Assembly (NCBI GenBank): GCA_963693055.1
Contig: OY843751.1
Span: 5,696,001 to 5,760,000 of the forward strand
Length of the DNA stretch: 64,000 nt
DNA from: a bacterium
GTDB lineage: Bacteria; Zhuqueibacterota; Zhuqueibacteria; Residuimicrobiales; Krinioviventaceae
Direction of reading: 5' to 3'
Positions 10,409 to 20,157 of the stretch are shown here, piece after piece. Position 1 is the stretch's first letter. Each line of letters opens with the position of its first letter. A program made the translations under genes and the position numbers. The notes under the pieces are model-generated. The model was not told where the DNA came from. It did not search any database and was given only the letters and a program-made list of their open reading frames with translations.

Positions 10409-10957
10409 TTGCGAACCAGCTTTTTAACATTTTTTCTTGTGCTTTTTACCGGATGCCTGTTGGCAGCAGAACATGCAGATTTAAATGCTGTAGCAATCAC
10501 GCAAGTGAATCCTTTGGAAAATGACATCCAGGTAACGTTTGAAAATGACGAATCCATCAGCAATTCTCTCTATATTGAACAAGCCGGTATGATGAATATA
10601 TCAAGTGTAGATATTAAAGGCGACAAAAACCGGCTCAATCTTGAACAAACAGGTAACAACAACCTGCTGGAAATAGAGATTGAAGGAAGTAACAATGGCA
10701 AAACCCATTCATCTGATCCGAAACTGTCTGAGGGCATCTCTGTTAATCAAATCGGTAACAACAACAATGCAGACATTTCAATTATAAACAGCAGTAATAA
10801 CAATTTCATTATAAATCAAATCGGTTCCGAAAACCTCGCGTCTATCGTTCAGAAAAATGGCAAAGAGAATATAGTCTTGATTGAACAAGGCGATGGCAAC
10901 ACGGCAATTGTTGAACAGTTTGGCAGTTATAATTCGGTTACTGTTCAGCAGCAATAA
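10409..10957 (+). CDS. Curlin-repeat (CsgA/CsgB-like) secreted protein
   Basis: Signal peptide plus repeated Q-x-G-x-x-N units: EQTGNNNLL, NQIGNNNNA, NQIGSENLA, EQGDGNTA, EQFGSYNSV. Confidence 0.75.
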   Translation: MRTSFLTFFLVLFTGCLLAAEHADLNAVAITQVNPLENDIQVTFENDESISNSLYIEQAGMMNISSVDIKGDKNRLNLEQTGNNNLLEIEIEGSNNGKTHSSDPKLSEGISVNQIGNNNNADISIINSSNNNFIINQIGSENLASIVQKNGKENIVLIEQGDGNTAIVEQFGSYNSVTVQQQ

Positions 10958-11036
10958 AACTGACCCTATACCATAAACATACAACGTGCGGTCCGGTATC
11001 ACACACTCTTTATCGGACCGTACATCCCCCCCTACA

Positions 11037-11939
11037 CTATTTTCTTACCATATCATAAACAGCGTTTAAGTCAGGCAATCCATTGCGTGCGCCCAGTTTT
11101 GTACAACATAGCGCAGCGGCGGCAGAAGCAAAGGCTAACGACTCTTTCCAGGGCATAACCCGAGATACTGCAAAGGCAAGCGCACCATGAAAAGCATCTC
11201 CTGCTCCGGTGGTATCCACGGCAGTAATACGATGTGCTGGCAACTCTCCTGTTTCTCCATCTCGCTGCCAGACCAAACCCTGATCACCATAGGTTATGAT
11301 CACATTATTGTTCAATTCTGACAAGTCTCTCAATGCCTGCGTTGGATTCACCTTACCGCACATTCCTGTTGCAAACGCGCTCGAAGCCGCCAGAATGTCC
11401 ACCTTGTCCGCAAGCAAGCGAGTACCTTCCCGTAGAGAGCCGGCATCCAGGATGGTTGTAATCTGCTTCTCACTTGCCCAATCGCATAATACTCTTGAAA
11501 TCTTTGGCTCGTGCCCGTCAAACAGAATCACTCGCGGATTTAACGATTGCAGCATGGCTTTCGTAATACTAGCTGAGGATTGCGGAACAACATCCGCTTT
11601 CCAGTTGACTACACTACGCTGGCCATCCGGTTTGACATAGATTGAGGAAACCGGCGTGTGTTGGTTCCCGCGAAAGATATAATCGGTATTCACACCTTCC
11701 CGTTTAAACTCTTGCAGATGCATATTTCCAAAATCGCCGTTGCCCAGGTAGCCCATAAATGCAGATGTACCCCCCAATCGAGCGACTGCTACTGCTGCGT
11801 TTGCCGCGGGTCCCCCGCCCATAGACGACAAGAATTCGGCAAACATTTTCTCATCACTATGGGGTTGATGTTTGATTTCAAAAATCAAATCCCAAGAGGC
11901 ATGCCCCACACACAAGACATCAAATGATTTATTCTCCAT
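11037..11939 (-). CDS. PfkB/ribokinase-family carbohydrate kinase
   Basis: GGGPAANAAVAVARLG and DTTGAGDAFHG signatures. Confidence 0.9.
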   Translation of the reverse strand: MENKSFDVLCVGHASWDLIFEIKHQPHSDEKMFAEFLSSMGGGPAANAAVAVARLGGTSAFMGYLGNGDFGNMHLQEFKREGVNTDYIFRGNQHTPVSSIYVKPDGQRSVVNWKADVVPQSSASITKAMLQSLNPRVILFDGHEPKISRVLCDWASEKQITTILDAGSLREGTRLLADKVDILAASSAFATGMCGKVNPTQALRDLSELNNNVIITYGDQGLVWQRDGETGELPAHRITAVDTTGAGDAFHGALAFAVSRVMPWKESLAFASAAAALCCTKLGARNGLPDLNAVYDMVRK

Positions 11940-13476
11940 TCGGAATCAATTCTTTTAATGAATACAGATCGTTTCGCCTGTCGCGTAACTGACAAACCGT
12001 ACCGGCAAGCCGATTTCTTTTCAATACTTCAAGGTCAACATCGGCAATTACTACCGTTTCAATATTCGGCTGACACTCTCCTGCAATACCGTCCCGGGCA
12101 AATGGAAAATCAGATGGCGTAAAAATACCGGACTGGGAATAATTGATATCCATGTTTTCAACAGAAGGGATATTACCCACACATCCGGCAGTAGCAACAT
12201 AAACCTGATTCTCAATAGCGCGTGCCTGTGAACAATACCGGACCCGTAAATAACCGTGACGTTCATCCGTACAAAAGGGAACAAAAATAATATTGGCTCC
12301 TTTTTCCGAAGCAATTCGTGATACTTCGGGAAACTCTACATCGTAACAGATATTAATCGCAACCTTGCCGCGGTCCGTATCGAAAACATTGATTCCTTTG
12401 CCCGGCTTGATTCCCCACCAGCGATGCTCATTGGGTGTAATATGAAGTTTGTATTGTTTTTCAATACCACCGTCTCTTTTGAACAAATACGAAATATTGA
12501 ACAAATCTCCGTTTTCCTCACAGTAATGTGATCCGCCTATAATATTAACCGCATACTTGATTGCAAGGTTTTGAAACAAATCCAGATAATCATTGGTAAA
12601 GTTGTTGAGTTTGCGAATTGTGGTGCCGGGACGCTCTTGAGGCAAAAACGATAACAATTGCAAGGTGAAAATTTCAGGGAACAAGGCGAAATCGGCTTTA
12701 TAATTAGAAGCAACATCAACAAAATATTCACAGTTTCTGGCAAAATCATCAAAAGAGTCAATCTTGCGCATCTGGTATTGAATGCAGCAAATCCGCACCG
12801 GTAACGATGACAGATTATGTTCTGCAGGACGCGGATGGTAATGAAGATTCACCCATTCCAACAGCATGGCATATCCCCTGGACTCGCTGTCACTTTTCAG
12901 ATAATCGTGGAGTACCCGCTTAAGCACAAATCCATTGGCAATTTGAAAAGTCAACACGGGATCATAAATTTTCTGGTGCATAACCTGATCCACATATTCA
13001 TAAATATCCATTTCATGCATATACTTGTGAAAATTGGGTACCCTGCCGCCTATGACAATTCGTTTTAAATTTAGCTGCTTTGCTAATTGTTTCCGGGCCT
13101 GGTAGATACGCCGTCCAATCTTCATACCCTGAAAATCAGGATCAACCATCACTTCAATGCCATAAAGCGTATCACCTTCAATATCATGGTTGTTTATATA
13201 ACCACTGTCCGAGATCTCTTGCCAGGAATGCTTTTCAGAATATTCATCAAAATCAATGACCAGACTGCTTGAGGAGCCAATAAGCTGACCATTAAACTCG
13301 ACGCCAATCTGCCCCTCAGGAAACTGATCCAACTGACTTTTGATTTGTTCAATTCCCCAGGGTTCCATACCAGGGAAACATTTTAATTGTATTGCCTTGA
13401 TCTGTTCATAGTCTTCAATTGTCAAGGGACGGACCTTGACGGTTTTTTCAATCTCTTCCAGGTTTATTTTTGACAT
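11929..13476 (-). CDS. Bifunctional GNAT acetyltransferase / carbon-nitrogen hydrolase
   Basis: GNAT motif VDPDFQGMKIG; nitrilase triad FPE, QYKLH, ICYDVEFPE. Confidence 0.9.
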   Translation of the reverse strand: MSKINLEEIEKTVKVRPLTIEDYEQIKAIQLKCFPGMEPWGIEQIKSQLDQFPEGQIGVEFNGQLIGSSSSLVIDFDEYSEKHSWQEISDSGYINNHDIEGDTLYGIEVMVDPDFQGMKIGRRIYQARKQLAKQLNLKRIVIGGRVPNFHKYMHEMDIYEYVDQVMHQKIYDPVLTFQIANGFVLKRVLHDYLKSDSESRGYAMLLEWVNLHYHPRPAEHNLSSLPVRICCIQYQMRKIDSFDDFARNCEYFVDVASNYKADFALFPEIFTLQLLSFLPQERPGTTIRKLNNFTNDYLDLFQNLAIKYAVNIIGGSHYCEENGDLFNISYLFKRDGGIEKQYKLHITPNEHRWWGIKPGKGINVFDTDRGKVAINICYDVEFPEVSRIASEKGANIIFVPFCTDERHGYLRVRYCSQARAIENQVYVATAGCVGNIPSVENMDINYSQSGIFTPSDFPFARDGIAGECQPNIETVVIADVDLEVLKRNRLAGTVCQLRDRRNDLYSLKELIPNGE

Positions 13477-13781
13477 AAGATTCCTTTAATTAAAGTCATG
13501 TATATGATTCAATCTAGAAAAAAATAAATAAAAGAAAATATTTTTTTCTTTTTATTAATAAGGAATTGTTGTTTTTTTATTTAAAAAAATAGGTCAATAT
13601 TAATGAAATTAATATTAAATTCCTATTCTATTATCAAAATAATAGCTGAATTTTCGTAAATACAAACATTATTTTGATTTAAAACACTTGCGGAACTATC
13701 TCCAATTAGCCCCAAAAATATATGTTGAAAAAAACATTTTTTGTATTAGATTAATACTAGAACAAAACAACATAACACAAA

Positions 13782-14795
13782 ATGAAAAAACACACGGATC
13801 TATCTATTCAGACCTTACGGGGGTTTGCTGTTTTTTTCATCGTAATGGCCCATGTAATAGGATATAATCGCACCTTTGGCATGCATGTAGAGAACGATTC
13901 TTTTTATCGTTATTTTTATTACACACTGCAATTCCTGAGGATTCCATTATTTACAACCATTTCCGGATTTGTTTACTGCTACCGCCCCCTGATAAAAGGT
14001 AACCTTGGCCTGTTTTTAACCGGCAAAGTGAGGCGTATATTAATACCGCTGGTAACAGGCACGGTTTTAAAATATTATCTCAACCTGTTCGCAACCCGAT
14101 ACGAACCAGGCTTGTACCGGTATGCCTGGAAATTTTTTGTTTACCCTTTTGGGCATCTCTGGTTTCTGCAAACCATTTTCCTGGTGTTCCTATGTATTTG
14201 TTTTCTCGAGCTTACTGGATTGTTAAAATCCTTTCGTAATTGGGCAATAATTTTAATGCTTTCTTTTATTATCGCAATTGCAACCCGGGATACATTGCCC
14301 AACTTTTTTTCTTTTGAGAACTTGCCCTACCTGCTGTTCTTTTTCCTTTTGGGGGTAGGCCTATTCCGGTTTCCCGAACGCATACTAAATCCCAAAGCTG
14401 TATTGATCGTTTCAGCAGTGTTTGTTGCAGGTGTGGCCTTCCAACAACTGAATTGGTTCTTGAACTGGAATCTGGATGAGGATTACAAAAGTGTGATGGG
14501 ATTTTGGGTCAGCATCTCGGGCATGCTGGTCTTTTTCAGATTTCGTAAAAACATTCCCTTTATTGCCAAACTGGGGTCATATTCTTACGCGATCTATTTG
14601 TACCATCTGATTGGAACCTCTGGAATTCAATGCCTGTTCAGACAATTAAACATCTATTGGGATCCATTAATCTTTGTGGCAGCAATGACCTGTGGTGTTG
14701 GGATACCCATTTTCCTTGAACGAGAGGTATTCAGGCATCCCATTGCACGGTTGGTCTTTTTGGGACTACGGACGCACAAAAAACCAAAAGAGTAA
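13782..14795 (+). CDS. Acyltransferase-3 family membrane O-acyltransferase
   Basis: IQTLRGFA, PLFTTISGF, HLWFL and SYAIYLYH motifs; multiple TM helices. Confidence 0.88.
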   Translation: MKKHTDLSIQTLRGFAVFFIVMAHVIGYNRTFGMHVENDSFYRYFYYTLQFLRIPLFTTISGFVYCYRPLIKGNLGLFLTGKVRRILIPLVTGTVLKYYLNLFATRYEPGLYRYAWKFFVYPFGHLWFLQTIFLVFLCICFLELTGLLKSFRNWAIILMLSFIIAIATRDTLPNFFSFENLPYLLFFFLLGVGLFRFPERILNPKAVLIVSAVFVAGVAFQQLNWFLNWNLDEDYKSVMGFWVSISGMLVFFRFRKNIPFIAKLGSYSYAIYLYHLIGTSGIQCLFRQLNIYWDPLIFVAAMTCGVGIPIFLEREVFRHPIARLVFLGLRTHKKPKE

Positions 14796-17417
14796 CTAGA
14801 GTAGTTCCAGACAAAAATTCTGAAAATGTACTTTGCCATGTCCCGGACCATGGACCAAGCCTACACTTGTTAACAGATCAGGCTGGGTGTGGTTTGTCTT
14901 GAATATTACTTGATCATTCACCCTGCATTCCAGAACGCCCTGTCTTTGGATAACCGTCAGAACAAAACTGGCAATATCATAGTCCAGTGTTTTTTCCGCC
15001 AACACGTTTTCCTTCCGTTGCACACCAAACTTTAATCCATCCCGGTCACTGGTGATCCCTAAAAAGCCAAACATATCATTATTCTGATGATCAAAAACCA
15101 GTCCGCATTGCTGTATTCCGCCATTTTCCATATCATCTGGCTTTTGCTCAAGACACAGTTCCACAGAGAGCTTAAAATCCTCCTTTGTGCCCTCACCCAA
15201 TAGATACGCAGTGCTTTCTGTCATAGTGGATGTGGCATGACCACGATAGATTTCGAATCCCTCATTCTTCCACTCGGAGCCGCTCTCCGCATAGTCGATA
15301 TTCCCGGGTGCCCGGTTAAACGAGTCGTAAATCCATACCCGGGGGAAACGATAGCGAGGCAATTCCACAATATTCCGGATCATGTACCGGGTCAGGATCT
15401 GCCGGATTTCGTTCAAATGCACAGGCACATCAGCAAGGTATCCCGGCTTTACCAGTTTTTCCAGCTCTTCCTTACTGAACATGGTTTTTAAAAACTCTTC
15501 CCGTGTCAGGGGCCATTCATCGGCATCAAAACTGAATCGGGGTTGTTTGATTTCCCGATATCGGTTCAGCAGCTCAATTGCTTCGGTGTGAATGGGATAC
15601 GTGGGCTGCCACTGGTCTGTAATATTGTGTGGAGGAATACCCAGCACACCCGCCATCTGTTCAAAAGGAAATTGCGGTGTACCAGCTATGGCATTTTCAA
15701 AATAGACAATAGCGGTATTCAACCGACTGACCAGCAGCCATTGCAGTTCCAGAGTATTGACCTGCGATACCGGTACATTATGCTGTTTTGCCAGAGCGAT
15801 CATTGCTGCCGCAGCCACACCCAAATGGTTCATGCTGGACCCCGCTCTGAGTGACGATTGCGCCATAAAGGTTGCCGCAGGCGTCCCGGGAGAAAGATAA
15901 TTGTCAATCATGCTGTAGTCCGGCTCTATCACCTTGCGCGGCAGACTGTGAAAATTGAGTCCCGATGCTTCCGGCACGCAATAGGTAAAAGCCGAGCCCT
16001 CGGGGCCCGCACCCGGGGGACTAGGTACGCTTTTAGCGAGGATTGAATGATAGTCGATTTCCAGAAGGGGTACGCCTATACCATCAGACACCCACCAGGA
16101 TTTTTCATGAAAGTAGGGTCTTCCCTCACGACGAAAGAACAACTGGCCGCCCAGGGGATCAGGAACATCCAGACGCGCCAGCACGCGATGATACAAACGG
16201 CACCCAACATACTGATCTCCGCCATAACTTGTGGTGCCAAAATCAGACAGCTTCCACGGTGCACCGTTGGTTTCGAACGATTCTTTATCAAAACCAAACC
16301 GCTTGCCTTGCGGTGTATTGTTCTGATAGTAATACATGGACTGCACCGTAAACAGAAACGCCTGTTGTTCAACATAGCGTTTCCACTTCCACACATCATC
16401 CTGGCGTAGATAGTGTGTACCGTCAGGCAATTTGTACCACTCGGGTAAGGACTTGAGCGGTTCATTGCCTGAAAACCGCCATACCTGCCTTCCGTTACGG
16501 TTACCGCCGGGACGTTTCTCGTCTTTCAGATATTCAAAATTTGCAGCATCATAACCTTCAGGAGGTTTGGCCAGCAGCCACGGTGCATTATCCGGTACAT
16601 CTGCACCTTCGGGAGCATATTCTTTTAATGGCGTTACAGGACTGGCGGCCATGGAATTGTCTTCGGTCTCGGACGCGCGATCACAATACTGTTCCAGCAG
16701 CGGCACCATACCGCTGAGAATGGGACCGTTTTCGCGTCGGGTTGCAAACATGCGCCGTCCTGCAAAAGCTTCCATATTGCGGGTGGGGTCTTCATCCGCG
16801 TGCATGCCTTCACGCCCGAATATCAACGGCAGATCAAATGCCTTTGCTCCATAGCCTTCGGGGGTGCCATCTATGGCATATTGACAATGTATAGTAATGA
16901 CCTCTCCCGCTTCCGAGATCACCGATACCTGCTGTACCCGCTTTTGCGTGTCTAGCACTCCGGAATGCGGCTGGGGCAGGTAACCGGTAATGATCTTTAT
17001 ATTTTCATAACGGCTGATCAACGAATAAAGAAAATCGATACTGGGACCAGGTGGTGCAACACGTCCGTCTTTGCCCGCGGTAGACGAGCCTGAGGACTGG
17101 TTGGTGTGCCTACGCGCAAAGGTATCATACACGTAATTGATGCCGCCCACACAACGGGCTGATACGGCAATGTCGGTGGGGATAAATTGGGTAAAATCCC
17201 CGCCAAAGTCCCGTTCATGCGCCAAAACCAGCAGGGTTTCAATGCCCAGTTCACCCGCGGCCCACACCGCGCCCAGACCGGCATCGTCACCACCCAAAAT
17301 CACCAACTCGGTGGTGATCTCTGTAGGCGGATTCTGCCAGACGGAAGCAGCGCCCAATGACACAAAAAGTAACATGCTGATCATAGTATAAAGTAATCCG
17401 AATTTGAAACCTTTCAT
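14796..17417 (-). CDS. Secreted FAD-dependent oxidoreductase-like protein with C-terminal beta-sandwich domain
   Basis: Signal peptide; degenerate Rossmann LVILGGDDAGLGA; AIDGTPEG...FGRE; late SLR...MNHLGVAAA segment. Confidence 0.55.
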   Translation of the reverse strand: MKGFKFGLLYTMISMLLFVSLGAASVWQNPPTEITTELVILGGDDAGLGAVWAAGELGIETLLVLAHERDFGGDFTQFIPTDIAVSARCVGGINYVYDTFARRHTNQSSGSSTAGKDGRVAPPGPSIDFLYSLISRYENIKIITGYLPQPHSGVLDTQKRVQQVSVISEAGEVITIHCQYAIDGTPEGYGAKAFDLPLIFGREGMHADEDPTRNMEAFAGRRMFATRRENGPILSGMVPLLEQYCDRASETEDNSMAASPVTPLKEYAPEGADVPDNAPWLLAKPPEGYDAANFEYLKDEKRPGGNRNGRQVWRFSGNEPLKSLPEWYKLPDGTHYLRQDDVWKWKRYVEQQAFLFTVQSMYYYQNNTPQGKRFGFDKESFETNGAPWKLSDFGTTSYGGDQYVGCRLYHRVLARLDVPDPLGGQLFFRREGRPYFHEKSWWVSDGIGVPLLEIDYHSILAKSVPSPPGAGPEGSAFTYCVPEASGLNFHSLPRKVIEPDYSMIDNYLSPGTPAATFMAQSSLRAGSSMNHLGVAAAAMIALAKQHNVPVSQVNTLELQWLLVSRLNTAIVYFENAIAGTPQFPFEQMAGVLGIPPHNITDQWQPTYPIHTEAIELLNRYREIKQPRFSFDADEWPLTREEFLKTMFSKEELEKLVKPGYLADVPVHLNEIRQILTRYMIRNIVELPRYRFPRVWIYDSFNRAPGNIDYAESGSEWKNEGFEIYRGHATSTMTESTAYLLGEGTKEDFKLSVELCLEQKPDDMENGGIQQCGLVFDHQNNDMFGFLGITSDRDGLKFGVQRKENVLAEKTLDYDIASFVLTVIQRQGVLECRVNDQVIFKTNHTQPDLLTSVGLVHGPGHGKVHFQNFCLELL

Positions 17418-19021
17418 GCCGTTTCTCCCGCATTGTCGTTTCCGGATTTCGCTTCTTGTGCGGCTGTCATTTCCGCCATCACTTCTATATAATGCGCTTC
17501 CATCTCCATCACCACATCCGGCTTAATCTTTGCCAGATCTGCCAGTTCAGTAGGATCCTTTAATATATTGTACAGCTCCCAATCGCCATTGTTGACCCGC
17601 ACAATCTTCCACTCGCCTTTGCGGAACATGCGGAACCGCTCAGAGTGTCCCGAGATAAAATATTCCGGTTCTTCACGTTGTTTTCCTCTGAAAATGGGCA
17701 TAAGCGAATGGCCATGCAGCGGCGCTGTGGGTTTTTCGTTAAAGCTCTGCGGATATTCGAGTCCCACGGCTTCCAGAAACGTGGGGAACAGATCCACAAC
17801 ATGCGCGGGTTGGTGGGTGATCTGACCTTTTTTGATAAATTGGGGCCAATGTGCTATAAAATGGGTGTTGCAACCGCCCTCGTGACCGTATTGCTTGTAG
17901 AACCTGAACGGTGTATTGCCTACGTTGGCCCATGCGGGACGCAAACAGCGGTACGATTCTGGCGGTCCCGGTGGGATGTTGAAATCCTCATTGCTGTCAT
18001 AGGGACACGATCCGTTATCGGTAAAAAAGACGATCAGGGTATTGTCCAGCTCACCCGCGTCCTCTAATTTCTTGATGAGCAGGCCAATGTTCTGGTCCAT
18101 GCGGTCAATCATGGCAGCAAACACGGCCATCTCTAAATCGTAATCGTCTTTTTCCTGCTCGGTCAGCGACTCCCAGGGACGATAAAGCGGAAATTTGGCG
18201 CGTTCTTCTTCAAAGCCTTCCGGATGACCGCGGAATTTATTGATATTGTCCTCGGGTGGAGAGAGACGTGTATCCTCTGCAATCACACCCAGCTTTTTCA
18301 TACGCTCGAACCGTTCCTGCCGCACCGCATCCCAACCTTTGCGATACTTGCCGCGGTATTTGGCAATATCCTCCGGACGTGCCTGCAGGGGATAATGACC
18401 CACATGGTAGGGCATGCAGAGCAGAAACGGCTGGTTGTTCTGTAGAGGTTCGTCCAGCCATTCTAATGCCAGATCAGTAAACTCGTCGGTTTTGTAGAAC
18501 GGTTTGCGGTGCACCGGTAGTTCAGAAGCATCCAGCGTCTTGCCGTTCATGATAAATGGACGTTTAAACTCGCCCGAAGGTGGAATAAAATACTCGGTAG
18601 ACGCCCAAAAGGTAAAGGATTTATCAAAAATTTTGTGCGCGTAACAATGCTGCGGTACCCACTTGTCGAAATGCTCTTTTCCGCTGTACAGGGTGGCGTA
18701 TCCCGCCTGCTTGATGAGCTGGGCAAAATTGATGGAATAGTCGTTGCCGAAATACTGTCCCGTGTACAGGCTCGAGCGGGTGGGATTGCATTTGGCCATA
18801 TTGTAAAAATGCCCAAAGCGGATACCGTTGTTTGCCAGACGGTCCAGATTGGGGGTATCGATCTCTGCGCCGTAACAACCAATATCTGAAAAGCCAATGT
18901 CATCTGCCATCAACAACACAATGTTGGGTTGTTTGGGGATGCGTGAGCACGCCAACGGTGACAGGGACAGCGCCCCTATCCCCGCGCCAATACGTTTGAT
19001 AAACGCTCTGCGGGACTGCAT
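17414..19021 (-). CDS. Arylsulfatase (formylglycine-dependent), Tat-exported
   Basis: SRRAFIK Tat motif; PNIVLLMADDIG; CNPTR; FTDNG; WELYNILKDPTE. Confidence 0.92.
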   Translation of the reverse strand: MQSRRAFIKRIGAGIGALSLSPLACSRIPKQPNIVLLMADDIGFSDIGCYGAEIDTPNLDRLANNGIRFGHFYNMAKCNPTRSSLYTGQYFGNDYSINFAQLIKQAGYATLYSGKEHFDKWVPQHCYAHKIFDKSFTFWASTEYFIPPSGEFKRPFIMNGKTLDASELPVHRKPFYKTDEFTDLALEWLDEPLQNNQPFLLCMPYHVGHYPLQARPEDIAKYRGKYRKGWDAVRQERFERMKKLGVIAEDTRLSPPEDNINKFRGHPEGFEEERAKFPLYRPWESLTEQEKDDYDLEMAVFAAMIDRMDQNIGLLIKKLEDAGELDNTLIVFFTDNGSCPYDSNEDFNIPPGPPESYRCLRPAWANVGNTPFRFYKQYGHEGGCNTHFIAHWPQFIKKGQITHQPAHVVDLFPTFLEAVGLEYPQSFNEKPTAPLHGHSLMPIFRGKQREEPEYFISGHSERFRMFRKGEWKIVRVNNGDWELYNILKDPTELADLAKIKPDVVMEMEAHYIEVMAEMTAAQEAKSGNDNAGETA

Positions 19022-19482
19022 ATTAAACCTCCGGTTGGTTTATCAAAAAGATACTGGATATTGGGGAAATGGGCAAGGAAAAGATTTTTTGGCAAAAGGA
19101 GTTAAAGAGTCATTCACAAGATCGTGACGGGGTTTAGCAAGGGGATCTCTGCCACGGGATCAATTATTAACCACAGATGAATCCGCCAGAGGGCGAACAC
19201 GTGCTGACAAACGCAGATGTAGAATGTTGCTTGCCATATCTCAATAAGATAATGAACCTCGGAGCATCATAGCTACTAAAAGAAACCACGTGCGCTGAAA
19301 AACGGTTGGCTCTATTCTTTTTTATTGTGGACATAATTTTTATTTTATATCGTATCGTTGCTCATCAAAAAAAATAAACTTTCAATCAAAATATTTTTAA
19401 AAAAACATTTTAAAAATTATAAATTATGCCTATTATGAAGAGGTAGTAATTATAAAAAATCGGACTTTTAAAACAATTCTTT

Positions 19483-20145
19483 TTGCGAGGATATTTGAAT
19501 CATACTGTACCTAAAAACATAAAAATTTATCATATCCTTCATATTGATAAATTATCTTCAGTCATTAAAGATAATGCTCTTTATAGTGATTCAAAATTAT
19601 TAAAGATAAATCCAGCAGGTACTACTATTGGAATGCCCAAAATAAAAAAAAGACGCTTAGAAGAATTAACTCTTTCAAGTTATCCCGATCTTCATGTTGG
19701 TGATTGTGTTCCGTTTTATTTTTGTCCTCGTTCTGTGATGCTTTATTTATTCCATATGAACAATCATCAGGAAATTGATTACCATGGTGGTCAAGAACCA
19801 ATTATACATCTTGAAGCTGATTTTTATAAAGTAATTAACTGGGCGAATAGTTGTGGTAGAAGGTGGGTTTTTACTCTATCAAATGCTGGTTCATATTATT
19901 TCGAAGATCGAACTGATCTAAACGATTTAAATCAAATAAATTGGTCTGCCGTCAATGCAAAACAATGGCGAAACTGTAGAGAAGAAAAACAAGCCGAATT
20001 CTTATTAGAAGAGGAATTTCCTCTGAATCTTATCGAAAGAATTGGAGTTTACTCAAACAGGTATTTACTTGAAGTAAAAAGAAATTTCGCGTCTTTAAGC
20101 TTTCTACCTAAAGTAGAAATCAAAAAAGATGAATGGTATTATTAA
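19483..20145 (+). CDS. darT: DarT DNA ADP-ribosyltransferase toxin (DUF4433)
   Basis: IYHILHIDKL, VPFYFCPRSVML, FTLSNAG and KQAEFL (catalytic Glu). Start may be TTG 19495. Confidence 0.88.
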   Translation: MRGYLNHTVPKNIKIYHILHIDKLSSVIKDNALYSDSKLLKINPAGTTIGMPKIKKRRLEELTLSSYPDLHVGDCVPFYFCPRSVMLYLFHMNNHQEIDYHGGQEPIIHLEADFYKVINWANSCGRRWVFTLSNAGSYYFEDRTDLNDLNQINWSAVNAKQWRNCREEKQAEFLLEEEFPLNLIERIGVYSNRYLLEVKRNFASLSFLPKVEIKKDEWYY

Positions 20146-20157
20146 GGGAAATATTAT

